A DNA stretch of 62,489 nucleotides, the filler included, from Globobulimina sp. (lineage: Eukaryota): the NCBI GenBank assembly GCA_003354225.1. It is 24 parts of 24 records of this genome, joined end to end, with 100 filler letters (N's around TTAATTAATTAA, not from the genome) between each part and the next. Parts side by side here need not be neighbours in the genome. Positions count along the whole stretch, not along the records: positions 36,522 to 39,028 come from PIVH01006272.1; positions 39,129 to 41,635 come from PIVH01006273.1; positions 41,736 to 44,242 come from PIVH01006274.1; positions 44,343 to 46,849 come from PIVH01006275.1; positions 46,950 to 49,456 come from PIVH01006276.1; 19 more parts are not named here. The stretch is one strand, 5' to 3'. The notes beneath the pieces are model-generated. The model worked only from the letters and a program-made list of their open reading frames with translations, was not told the DNA's origin and did not search any database. Made by a program: the position numbers and the translations under genes. Position 1 is the first letter of the stretch, and every line of letters starts with the position of its first letter. This document shows, piece by piece, positions 36,522 to 48,237 of this stretch.

Positions 36522-39028
36522 TTTTTTATAAAAAATGCATTAAGAATCGATGAGTGGGAATTAGATAAAAAAATGTATAAAATCAATAAAAATGCATCAA
36601 AATTATTATTATGTCAAATAATTGCAATTAAATCGCGAAGAGCAAATAAATGCATTAAGAATGTGAATGCAATTAAAGACAATGTATTGCGTGAAATAAT
36701 ACCATACAAACCAAAATATAACGAAAAACCGGTGATTTATAGTGATGAAATAATTAAAATGATAAACACCAAAAATATCTCATCAAGCAACGATGTAAAT
36801 GTATTAAGCGACCAATTTAAATTTACTTTCAACCAAAAAAATAATAATCGCAATAATTTAGATATACAATTAGATAATACCCAAGAATTAAGGGAAGAAT
36901 TAGATAAATGGTCGATGCGCCGAATTGTAATGACGTGGGCCTTTCCATTTGCAGGCAAAGTCGAACAAGTTAAATACCAAAGATGTTATAACAAAAATCA
37001 GGTTGAGACCATATTAAACAAATCGCCATCAATAAGAGTGCTAAGCCCTGTCATTAGAAAGCAATTAACAGATTACCACCATGGCTCGAACGAGATATTG
37101 CAGACCAATTGGATTTGCTTACACTACAATGTAAAATCAGGTAATTGCGGTATATTAATTAGATCGCAAGTAATTTGTGGTAACGTATCTTTCAGTCATG
37201 ATTGTAATGCATTTGCCGACAATAAAATGATTGTAAGAGAAACCAATAAAACTCAGAAAAAAAGCATGAGCGGAAGCTGCAACTGCGCCAAACATGACAT
37301 TCCGTGCATGGTTAAAGTACCTGAGATTATTATCCAAGCAATGAATCAAAAATCAATTAGTTTGAATGATGTGTTTATTGGACTCGCCGTAGTTATCGAT
37401 TGCAAAATATTACCATTATGTATAAGTATATTTGATCTAAACGAACATATTAAGAATGATTTCGAATCGTATAGATCAGTATTGCGACCAACACAGGAAA
37501 AATCTGATGAAATCGATAAAAAAATTCAAATATTGAATAAAATGAGAAGTGAAATTGGTCGAGGAATTGATCAGCAATTAATAATGCGAGAATTATTAAG
37601 TATTTTGAGAGAAGGAAAACCGATACAAAACTACGAAACAATTTGCAGTGAATATAATATTGAATATGATGCTGAAACACCAAAAATAAGACAAACCAAA
37701 CAGCAATTAACCGAAAATAATTTATATAAGTTTGGATTTACAAATAATGCGGACAATACGATATTTGATGACAGTAAACATCAAATAAACATTAATGAAA
37801 CAATAAATGAAACTATATTGGACAACCGCTCACAAAATGTATATGATATAAGTATATATTATAAAAAACAATGGCAACAAGAAAGAGCTGAAAAAACGCA
37901 ATTAAAGAATGAAAATATCAAATTATGTGACCAGCATAATATGCAGCGAATGAAACTGAATGAAAAAGAAAGTCAATATAATTGCCAACAAAAAGCATTA
38001 AGTCAACAAATTGAGCAATTAAAAAGATATAATCATGATTTACAGCAACAAGTTGAGCAATTTAAGCAGCAATTAATATCAAAAGAAGTCGCCATTGAAT
38101 TGAAATTAGCGGAACAGCAAAAATTATATGAATTACGATGTGAGCAAAATAAATTAGAAAACCAAAGAATCGAGCAACAACAATCCAAATTAAGTGTATC
38201 TGTTCCAAATCAACCATACACGCATGAAAGTGATGAAGAATACTATTATGACGGTAAAAAAACCCATTCCACGCCAAACAAAATGCCAATTTGTGAAGAA
38301 AAACAAAGAAAGCACGTAAAATTTGATCAAATGCAACACGAAAAAAATAAAATTGATGAATATAATGATCAAATAAATGAAGCAAGAGATAGAGCCAATG
38401 AATTAAAACGAAAAAGAGATAATTTTATGGCCCAAATTAACGATTCTCCAGAAAAGGAACAGCGACGAAATGAAGATTATGATGATCGCAATGATAAATT
38501 TGTTAATCAAATTTATAATGAAAACCAACAGCAAAATCAACAACAAAATGCGAATGAATTGGATCCAATTCAAATATTGTTCGAATTGAAGGAGAAATAT
38601 TTAAAATTAGAACAGAAAATTGAAGCGGATGATTTTGAGAATAAACAAAGATTTAAATCAAATTTGAGACAAAGAAAATGTTATAGCTGCGGTGCACCGG
38701 GACACGAAGCTAGAAATTGTATTAATCGACGGTATCAACAATATAATAATAACCAACAAAATCAACCGCAAAGACAACAATCCAGGTTCCAATCACAACA
38801 ATTTTTAAATAATCAAAGGAGAGACAATTATTATAAACAACAAAAACAACAACAACAACAAACGAACCAAGTACAGCAACAACAAGTGAACCAAGTACAG
38901 CAACAACAAGTGAACCAATTACAGCAACAACAACAACAACGACAAACGAACCAAGTACAGCAACAACAAGTGAACCAAGTACAGCAACAACAAGTGAACC
39001 AATTACAGCAACAACAACCACAAAGAAA
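36522..39028 (+). CDS. Gag-like protein: coiled coil, CCHC zinc knuckle, Q-rich repeats; spans the whole contig
   Basis: Intronless >830 codons; CYSCGAPGHEARNC (CX2CX4HX4C) at 38679-38720. Confidence 0.7.
38858..39025 (+). repeat. 84-bp tandem repeat x2 built from 21-bp subunits, encoding QTNQVQQQQVNQVQQQQVNQLQQQQ
   Basis: Visible in DNA and protein. Confidence 0.9.
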
Positions 39029-39262
39029 NNNNNNNNNNNNNNNNNNNNNNNNNNNNNNNNNNNNNNNNNNNNTTAATTAATTAANNNNNNNNNNNNNNNN
39101 NNNNNNNNNNNNNNNNNNNNNNNNNNNNTATTCAAAAAAATACAAGTCATACAACCAAACTATGCACCACAATTAACACAGATACTGTTCCATCAATTAA
39201 ATGATAATAACTGCACATTATTATGTAACAAACGACTGTTAACCGTCAAAGTAAAAGAATTA

Positions 39263-41635
39263 ATGAAGATATTCTTACAAAATGCGAAAGCAATCAAATC
39301 CTATAAAAGTGTGACGAATTCGAACCAATCAATGTCGAAAATAATCCGCACCCAAACTAAATCATTAATAAATAGTAAACCATGCAGTAACATTACAGTC
39401 AAAGTGTCGACAAATTCAAATACAAAGCATACAAATCATACAAACATAACTTCAAATTCAAATATCCCAAATGTGCAGCTTCAAAAACGAAAACGACCCG
39501 CATTGCCGCCTCGAAATGACGTGGACATTGGCGCTGAAAATGAGATAATTTCGTCAGAAAAGAAATATTTGTCCATTGGCCTTCCCTCCATATGTTCCAT
39601 CCAAATATTTCGCATCATCGTCAATACGATAATCCCCAAACAAATATTTGAATTATTACTGGAAAAGAAATGTATCCCGAAAGCAAACAGTGCCTGCAAA
39701 ATATTTGTGCGTTGCCATAAATCACATTTTCATGCAAACTCTACAGTTTTATACATTCATTTTATTAATTTCTCGCAAGAAGAGTATGAATTTTGCCGTG
39801 ATGAATATTTTGATTTTCGGGATGCAGAAAATAAACGAATTACGTGGTTTAACCGAAATATATATAATCGATATTACGCTGATAATTATAACATAAGCGA
39901 CGCAAACAAACCGCGGAAGAAAACTGTATTTGATATATTGGGCAATGAATTTGGTTTAATCAAAGTGCATAAAGCCAAGGAATATGAGCCATTTCAAGCG
40001 AATCTGACCTATTTATCGCGGATTGTCAGTATTTGTTTACGCTGCAAAATCAACAAAGCCGCCGCGAGAAAGAGAGTGTGCACATTCTGTATAAATGATG
40101 AACGAAATGATCGCATAAAGATCCAGGAATATTACGCCAATCCACAGAATAATGCCAGACATAAAATGAATGAGGACATCCAACGAGACTTAGTGTCGAA
40201 ATTAAAGGTTGAATTACATTTAATTCCATTGATATATAAATCAGAATGTAAGCATTACGATGCAGTGAATGACAGTCCTTGCAATAACAAGAAGTGCTCA
40301 TTTACGCATAACAGCGAGGAGAGGATATTTGGCGAGAAATTGCACATAATTCGCAGCAATGCCATCAAACGGCTATATCGCGCACATGGACAGTTTGAAT
40401 TGAATGATTATTATGCGGTGAAAATCCAATTAAAATATAGGAAAGTCATAGGTAAATATTATGATATTTGGTGGAAGCATAAGCATAAAATCGAAGTGAA
40501 TGAGAAAAACCTCGATTTAATCCGTAAATACCTGCGTGATAAACACATTCGACTGCATTTAATACCCACTGTATATAAAAACTGGTGTTATTATGCGAAA
40601 AATGACGAACGTGACAGGATTTGCAGCAAAAATAGTGACAATATTTGCACCTTTATTCATGATGCCAGACAGCAGATATTCGGGGATATGTTATGGCGCA
40701 TAAAATATGAGGCATTGCAGGGGGAGCAAGACCTAAAAGAGGAGGCTAACAATGGCAAAGATATCGATCTGATTGATGAGGATATGGATGCGAATAAACC
40801 GGACAATGAGCAAATTGATCTGGACGATAAATGGTGGAAAGATGCAATAAAACCATACAAAGCAGCCAACGAAGAGGCACATTCTGCCGATAAAGATCTA
40901 GCAAAGCAATGGCGGATTGAAGATGCAAATATCAGTGTAAAATCGCAGCAAATTAGCTATTATTCAAATGCATTTCTGCAGTGTGAAGATAGTGATGATG
41001 AGGATGCTGATATGGCGAATACGGACGGCACGTTATTCAAACATGTATTATATGTACAATATGACGATGATAAATCCGCAAAGGTAAATCCCATGCGGAC
41101 GTACGTAGATTTTACATTTAAATGTAAATACGAAATAAATTTCGTCACTATCAATCTGGTGGAAGATATCAAACACAACCTGCATAAATGTGGATTAGTT
41201 TTGAATTTTATGCGTGAATGCCAATCCATTGCGGACTGGCTGCGTATGAATGAAAATCATATCTATCGGCGTTATAAATCACGTGTTCACATATTAAATC
41301 TCATCGCATCGTTTGCGGTGATTCCAGATAAAAACTATCCGCGTTGCGTGTCGTGTTATTTTCATCTCTGTGACGGTATAAAACACAAACGATTGAAGCA
41401 TGACGAGATGGAATTGTATAGACGTTGTTGTGAGAATGATTTTGCAGCGGAGCGGAGCCATGAGTTTGATACACGAAAATGTGAGCTATTGCACGGTGTA
41501 ATTATTGAGAAATTGCACGGTGAGAATAGCAATCCACGCTATAAGGTATTGATAAATAAACGCAAAACAAATATTGATACGTATTTGAAGTTTAGTGTGA
41601 TTGGTAGCGACCACTTTAATAAGCATTTCCGGGCC
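39263..41635 (+). CDS. Large intronless protein with two CCCH-type zinc-finger repeats and a CxxC-CxxC motif; 3' truncated
   Basis: Duplicated module 'LHLIP.(I/V)YK..C...C...C.F.H.....IFG..L..I'; 'CLRC...CTFC'. Confidence 0.7.
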
Positions 41636-41735
41636 NNNNNNNNNNNNNNNNNNNNNNNNNNNNNNNNNNNNNNNNNNNNTTAATTAATTAANNNNNNNNN
41701 NNNNNNNNNNNNNNNNNNNNNNNNNNNNNNNNNNN

Positions 41736-42712
41736 TTGTGGGTAAGTGAACACAGCGAAGTGTCGGATAATTATGAAATTGAATGGTCCGCTTGTAAAAA
41801 TACGCATAAATATTCACTCAATTTACAAGAAACCTGCAATATCGAAGGAGTTGAATATTGTCATTCTAATATCTTCTCAGACATTATTAAACACAATGAA
41901 TTAAGCTATCGTTCAAATTTCTTTTTCTATATTTTCCCCAAATATTATCCGTATTATGGTATATATAATGTTGCTTTGGTGGCACTTTATATATTTTTAT
42001 TATTGGCCACCACATATTGTTTTAAAGCCTTAATATCCAAACAATTATTCATTGGCAACTTAGCACTGACAATAAGTGTTTATTACAGCTATATTAAAAT
42101 ATATCAGTATTCAAAGCATGAATACCACCCTTTCTGTCCAAATCCACCACCAACAGCAATGTCAGTGTGTTATAGAAGCGCCTTTTCAGAAGGATTGGAG
42201 ACAATGTTTTCTATGTTGGTCTATGTTGTTACAGTTTATTCAGTGTATTGTGTATATGTCGTGTATCCATGCATTTGTTTCATTGTTGTACGGCGTTTGA
42301 GTGAGTATGATATCTGTAAAAAAATCGGAGAAATTATGTCGTTTATTTTGTTATACGGAGTTACGTATAAATTGCATATTTGTATGTTGTGTATTGTTAT
42401 TTAAAAATATATATATAGGCAGTGATTGGAGGATCAGTATTTGTGATAATATCATATGTTGTATTGATGTGGATGGCAGCGGGCGATACTACGTTTGACC
42501 AGGATTTGATAAAAAATGTATCTGAAAATGTAGAAGAAGCATTTATTATAATTATTGCAAATATTTTATTGCTTTTGGCATTTGACATGTTTTTTTTGAA
42601 GAATTGTAAACAAGATTTAATTGAAATGTTTGCTAGATTCCGCAAAGGAGTCGATTCCGGCGATTCGGATCAAAATAACAATTTTAAATCCATGGTTGAA
42701 GCTAAGGCATGA
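41736..42712 (+). CDS. Multi-pass membrane protein, 5' truncated; intron about 42360-42418
   Basis: Several TM helices; phase-0 GT-AG intron joins the two ORFs. Confidence 0.6.
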
Positions 42713-42872
42713 CTTATTTAAATTGTTCCTTTTTAGCACGCGTTTTTCTCGAGTTACTTAAAAATACGGATTTCATCGGACAACGTAGAAAGTTCCTTAC
42801 GTTATAAATCTGCAACATAGCCATGTAAAGTGTATTAAAATCATTATGTTAAGTTCCCAATCAATCATTATG

Positions 42873-43991
42873 TTAAAAATCATCTTCATTGTAACTATGT
42901 TCATCACCGTAACAATTTAAAATCTCCTCATATTCGAAATTAATTTGCAATTCTTGATGTTGCTCCATATCCTCATTTTGTTCATGATCATCATATTGAG
43001 TGTATCCATTCTGTTCAATCTGTTCATCGTATTCTTCATGTTCATGTTGCTCAATCTCTTCATGTTCATATTGTTGACACTCTTCATGTTGTTCAGTATC
43101 CTCATTTTGATCAAATTGATCGTATTCATTCCGTTGATCACTATCAAATGGCTCCAGATCATCATCAAATAGCTCAATCTCTTGATATTGCTCTATATCC
43201 CCATCTTGTTCATGATCGTCACATTCATTATTTCCAATCTGTTCAATACAGTGTTCATTGTATTCTTGTTCATATTGCTCGATCTCATCACATTCTTCAC
43301 GTTGTTCGATATCCTCATTTGGATCGAATTGATCATGTTCATTCTGTTCATGTTGTTCGCGATCGGTAGCCTCATTTGGGTCGAATTGATCATATTCATT
43401 CTGCTCCGGATCATCATCAAATTCATAGTATTCTGGTTGATGATTGTCATCATATTGTTCGTCCATATCATTTTCATCAAATTCCGCTTCATTAATATCG
43501 ATATCCTCATAATCATTTTCATCAAATTGCTCCTCGTCATAATATTCGCAATCGATATCCACATAATTCATCATTTTTTGTTCATAGTCATATTCGTCAT
43601 TTTCATTTAGTAAAAAATCATTTTGATGGTGATCACAAAGACGACGATAAGGACGATATTCATCCTTTTCCTCGTTTGGCTCAACCACATCTGGAGCAAT
43701 CACATCATTTTTAACATTGTTTGCGGGTTTTATTGCTTTTATTTTGTTACCGTTTTTTGCAATGAATGATTGTATTTGTTTTCTTAACGCACGATTTGGA
43801 ATTAATATCTTGTTCGTTAAACGTTGATTTGTCATTGGATCTGTATCATGCGTAGATAGCCACTGCCGAATAGCATCTCTATCATAGGAATGACCGGAAA
43901 ATGTGATCACTGGATCCTTCATAATTTTATACGTGATGGGGCATACAAACTCGTCGGGGACTTCTACATCTTCCTTTTCTGACGACGACAT
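42873..43991 (-). CDS. U-box protein with a long acidic, internally duplicated tail
   Basis: 'VPDEFVCPITYKIMKDPV...GHSYDRDAIRQWL...DPMTN...LIPNRALR'. Confidence 0.95.
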   Translation of the reverse strand: MSSSEKEDVEVPDEFVCPITYKIMKDPVITFSGHSYDRDAIRQWLSTHDTDPMTNQRLTNKILIPNRALRKQIQSFIAKNGNKIKAIKPANNVKNDVIAPDVVEPNEEKDEYRPYRRLCDHHQNDFLLNENDEYDYEQKMMNYVDIDCEYYDEEQFDENDYEDIDINEAEFDENDMDEQYDDNHQPEYYEFDDDPEQNEYDQFDPNEATDREQHEQNEHDQFDPNEDIEQREECDEIEQYEQEYNEHCIEQIGNNECDDHEQDGDIEQYQEIELFDDDLEPFDSDQRNEYDQFDQNEDTEQHEECQQYEHEEIEQHEHEEYDEQIEQNGYTQYDDHEQNEDMEQHQELQINFEYEEILNCYGDEHSYNEDDF

Positions 43992-44342
43992 TATGTAAAT
44001 GTTTGTGGGAAAATTGGTTTTATGCAATGTTGTTTTTGTTGGAGCGAACCTGAAATGAATGATGTTGCTGTTTGCTTGAAAAATGGAATGAAACATCAAC
44101 GTATTTTTGGTGTATTAATTGAGTTTATCAAAAAAAACGCCTATAAAACTGTTTTATTTCTTAGCAACCTAAGCCTCCAAACTCTTAGTGTTTCAAAAAA
44201 TAGAAACGAAAAACACTTTTTTGTACGTGCTATAAAAGTCGANNNNNNNNNNNNNNNNNNNNNNNNNNNNNNNNNNNNNNNNNNNNTTAATTAATTAANN
44301 NNNNNNNNNNNNNNNNNNNNNNNNNNNNNNNNNNNNNNNNNN

Positions 44343-44689
44343 CATGTTTTTGTCCAGCTGAGAATCCACACAAAAGTATCGCACGTGACAAAAGTCCCGA
44401 TAGTAGAAACTATAACGATTTCGACGCTGACTCACATATTCGAACAGAAGACGAAGTCGCTGACGATCCCGTCGAGAATGCATTATTATCCCAAACAAAA
44501 TTAAATAAATCAACAGAAGCAAAACTACAAAATACTAGCAAAACAACATCACACTCATTAAAACCCAACGATAATAAATCTAACACACACAGTACGGACA
44601 CAAATCCATCCACTATAACATCTGAAACGTGTACTGTTCAAACCATTGAAACCAAAACAGATGAAATCACTGAAGACGAATCACGTTAA
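44343..44689 (+). CDS. C-terminal fragment of an unknown S/T/D-rich protein
   Basis: Frame CFCPAENPHKS...DEITEDESR* open from the contig edge. Confidence 0.45.
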
Positions 44690-44774
44690 TTATCATATAT
44701 ATTAATATTGACAATTGTCTGTCAAGTTATTTCCAGTTATTGTCAATATTAATTATATCAATATAAACTTTACC

Positions 44775-45893
44775 ATGTCAGATATGAAAAACACCACAAA
44801 CACACAAATACGCATAAAACCAGTCAGCGAGAACGATAACGATAACCAAGAAACAAAAGAAGAAGAAGAGGAATATCAAGATCACGAATTCGAATTACAA
44901 CCATTGCAATCAAACTCATTACCAGTCATCGCAGAAAACCAAAAGAAGCGAATCTCACCATTTCGCATTCAAATCGAACAATTACCAAAGTTTAAACACG
45001 CGCATCCTTGGATATTGGACAAAAATCGAGAGACCGAATCGCCGGCATCAACTACGCCAACACTCAAAGCCTTCAGTTATGACAAATCCATCATTAAAAG
45101 CAAGCGCGTCACCTTGACCAACACGCATAACTTCCTATGGATGACCAGCTTATTACAAGGCGCTGTGAGAGCGGCTAAGACGGAGTCTGAGATCACCAGA
45201 TCTGCGCTGGATAAAGTATTGAATTTGTTGCCTGTGCCATTCCGGGATAAAATATGGGAGATTTGCAACATTGATCATGATTCGTTCATTGTGCATGAAG
45301 AGTTTGAGGAGTTTGTAGATGCCATATTGGTCGCAAGTGGCCAGTATGACATTGATATGCTTTTGAATGACGACGATGAGATGTTTGAGATCCGGGATAT
45401 GAGCAATGTGTTTAAGGAGATTGTGACTATAAATGAGATCTTTATGCAGAAAAAATGTGTTTCTAATACAGTGTCGAGGACTACTCCGACTTTGTCTACT
45501 TTTGGCGCGACGCAAGTGATCATTTTGTTGCGTAATTTGGAGGACAAAGAGGAGATTCGTGCCAATGATATATCCATTCCGTTGTTGACAGGCTTTACGA
45601 AAAAGGCCATGCGGCACAGCGTGAAATATTGCTCGCGGATATTTTGGAAGATATTGACCAATATATGGTGGGATGAGGACGATGATGAAGATATGGCATT
45701 GCCTGCGGATTTGGATGAGTACAAAACGAAAAGTAAGCATACGAGGAAACGTAGTAAGGTGTCGGGTGATGTTAGGAAGCATTTATCCAATACATCGATG
45801 GATGATTTGTTCCCTGATTTGTATCGTTTTAAGTCGTTTTCAGAGACTGAGGAGGATGATATTGAAAATTCAAGTAATTATCTGCATGTATGA
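44775..45893 (+). CDS. Hypothetical protein with one EF-hand-like motif
   Basis: 'IWEICNIDHDSFIVHEEFEEFV'. Confidence 0.65.
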   Translation: MSDMKNTTNTQIRIKPVSENDNDNQETKEEEEEYQDHEFELQPLQSNSLPVIAENQKKRISPFRIQIEQLPKFKHAHPWILDKNRETESPASTTPTLKAFSYDKSIIKSKRVTLTNTHNFLWMTSLLQGAVRAAKTESEITRSALDKVLNLLPVPFRDKIWEICNIDHDSFIVHEEFEEFVDAILVASGQYDIDMLLNDDDEMFEIRDMSNVFKEIVTINEIFMQKKCVSNTVSRTTPTLSTFGATQVIILLRNLEDKEEIRANDISIPLLTGFTKKAMRHSVKYCSRIFWKILTNIWWDEDDDEDMALPADLDEYKTKSKHTRKRSKVSGDVRKHLSNTSMDDLFPDLYRFKSFSETEEDDIENSSNYLHV

Positions 45894-46073
45894 TCACTGT
45901 GATGTGTTGTTGTGAATTTATATATATATTTGTGCGTATATTTCGTTGTTACACACACAATGATTATTTTTTTTTGTTCTTTCTATTAAAATATATAAAA
46001 CGTAAAGTGTCAGCTGTATTTTCATTTAGTTTAATTTTAATACGCAAATAATCAAAAACTTTTCATTTTGATC

Positions 46074-46849
46074 ATGGGAATCAAAGGCCTTCTTCCCCAA
46101 CTTAGCGACATCACAACACACATTAACATCAGTAGTTACAAAGGATACAAAGTCGGGGTCGACGCCTACGTCTGGTTGCATCAGAAAGCCATTGGATGTG
46201 CAACGGAATTATGTTTGGAGCAACCAACCAATCGCTACGTCAACAGTTTCATGAAAGAAGTCAGAACATTGCTGCACAACGGCGTAATACCAGTCATCGT
46301 GTTTGATGGCACATTCCTTCCGCTAAAATCCAGAGTTGAAGAAGAAAGATCAAAATCGCGAAAAGCAAATCTAAAACAAGGCAAGAAATTGTATCGCCAA
46401 GGAAAGAAATCTGAAGCTTATCAGCGCTTTGTCAAAGCCATCGATATCACTCCGCAAATGGCCTACGAAGTAATGGTGCAATTAAAACAATTAAATATCG
46501 AATATTATGTGGCTCCCTATGAGGCAGACGCGCAGTTGGCGTATTTATATAAAATAGGCTCCATCTTTGCGGTCATTTCCATTGATTCTGATTTGTTGGT
46601 GTTTGGAGTGCACCGATTACTGACCAAATATCACCAGGGTTGGGTCAAAGAGGTGGATTTAACCAAATTGAATACAAACTTTTCGCCGTTGAATTTCAGT
46701 CAATTTTCGATTGAAATGTTTGTGCAGTTTTGTATATTTTGCGGCTGTGATTATTTGGATAAAATACCGGGTATTGGCCCTAAGAAGTTTCATGAATATA
46801 TGCTGCGACGCAAAAAATGGCAAAATGTGATAAAATGGATACTGTTCGA
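46074..46849 (+). CDS. EXO1: Exonuclease 1 (XPG/Rad2 family), 3' truncated
   Basis: 'MGIKGLLP', 'GVDAYVWLH', 'VFDG..LP.K', 'VAPYEADAQLAYL', 'DSDLLVFG', 'GCDYL..IPGIG'. Confidence 0.95.
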
Positions 46850-46949
46850 NNNNNNNNNNNNNNNNNNNNNNNNNNNNNNNNNNNNNNNNNNNNTTAATTA
46901 ATTAANNNNNNNNNNNNNNNNNNNNNNNNNNNNNNNNNNNNNNNNNNNN

Positions 46950-47312
46950 AAAATTTTCAGGCCCGGGCCCGGCCCGGCCCGTCAGCAATTTTTCCAGGCC
47001 CGGCCCGGCCCGCCAGGTCAATTTCCAAGGCCCGGCCCGTATAAAAAATCGCAAAATTTTCGAGTATATTTTCAAAAATCGCTAAAATGGTTAGTATTGT
47101 TTAGATAACACTCTAAATAACCGTTTAAAGCCAAAACGGAGCTTTTTAGATGAAATTGATCAATTTCCAAGCTTATTTTGAGGAAAAATGATTTTGAAAT
47201 TTTTGTCAGGCCCGGCCCGCCACCACCCCAAAAACCCAGGCCCGGCCCGCTGGAAAATGTTCCAACGGGCCGGGCTTTTTACGGGCCGGCCGCCTGCCCG
47301 TGCACACCTCTA
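46950..47312 (-). mobile_element. One end of a hAT-like non-autonomous DNA transposon with GGCCCG subterminal repeats
   Basis: Terminus TAGAGGTGTGCACGGGC on the minus strand at 47312; many GGCCCGGCCCG motifs; other end lost at the contig edge. Confidence 0.65.
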
Positions 47313-47328
47313 CTGGACATGTACATAC

Positions 47329-48030
47329 CTCTAATACAGTTTGTTTAGACCAGACGATGTGAGCAAACGTAAGCACTTTCAAGTTCGGAAATCGTTTCAA
47401 ATGCTCGACCCATGCATGTTGAGGTCCATCCTGAACGTTTAGAAATAAATGTTCAAGTGTTTCCAATGAAGGGCTGGGGAAGTTTCGGAGAACTTCGCCA
47501 ATATCCATATGTCTCCTTCCCTTATATTCAAAGGATAAGGAAACAAGATGTCCAGAAATTCCAGTCGTCCTGCACAAATTGACAACATTTGCCGTTAGGT
47601 CATCATGGCCAGATGATCCGAATCGTATAGCAACATGACGTGGTTGTTTCCTTTGCAAAACGACCAATAGTTGTTTAAATACGTGACGAGGGACATCCAA
47701 TGTCACTGATGTAATGTTTATACAATCTTTTAATGCAAGGATAAAGCTACCCCATAATCTGAATACAGGTTGATGATTGAGGGAAAATGGTTTCAAGTCG
47801 ATTTCCTCGATTGTGCATGATGCCAACTTGAGAACGAAGCAAATCGCTCGCTTTGTACTGAGTGATAATAGTCCTGTAACCTTCGTTATGTGACATAGAT
47901 GATCAGAATAATCACCTAACATTTTCAATCCACGTGATGCTATCCCATAATTGTCCTGATCTTCTATCCAACCTAATTCAAATTTTAACGACTTGATCTT
48001 TGGGCATCGATTTAGATATGCCAAAATCCT
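47329..48030 (-). CDS. Internal exon of an RNI/LRR-like protein
   Basis: 'CPKIKSLKF', 'LETLEHLFL', 'FPNLKVLTF'; bounded by CAG acceptor and GAG|GTATGT donor. Confidence 0.6.
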
Positions 48031-48090
48031 GTCTGAAAACTGTTAATAGTTATTTAGTTTAAAAGTTAAAAAACAACCTCCACTGCAGGG

Positions 48091-48237
48091 TAGAGCCCTG
48101 CATGAGCCGAGCTTTGGGCTCGGCTTGGCTCATGAGCCGAGCCGAACATAAAGAAGATTTGGTGAGCTCGAGCCGAGCCCAAATTTTTATTGGTGAACAG
48201 GGCCGAGCCCAGATTTTTGGGCTCGTGCAGGGCTATA
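48091..48237. mobile_element. 147-bp hAT-type MITE with TIRs and 8-bp target-site duplication
   Basis: TIRs TAGAGCCCTGCATGAGCC / GGCTCGTGCAGGGCTATA; CTGCAGGG at 48083-48090 and 48238-48245; internal GAGCC repeats. Confidence 0.88.

Noticed and set aside
36522-41635. Gag-like and CCCH ORFs as consecutive genes of one element
   Set aside because: They are separated by an artificial spacer, so adjacency carries no information
42917-43610. Multiple overlapping Met/Asn- or Ile/Phe-rich ORFs
   Set aside because: Alternative-frame and antisense shadows of the acidic U-box tail
47206-47328. C-terminal GC-rich part of ORF 47206-48024
   Set aside because: Read-through past a GTATGT donor into the intron and hAT element; not coding
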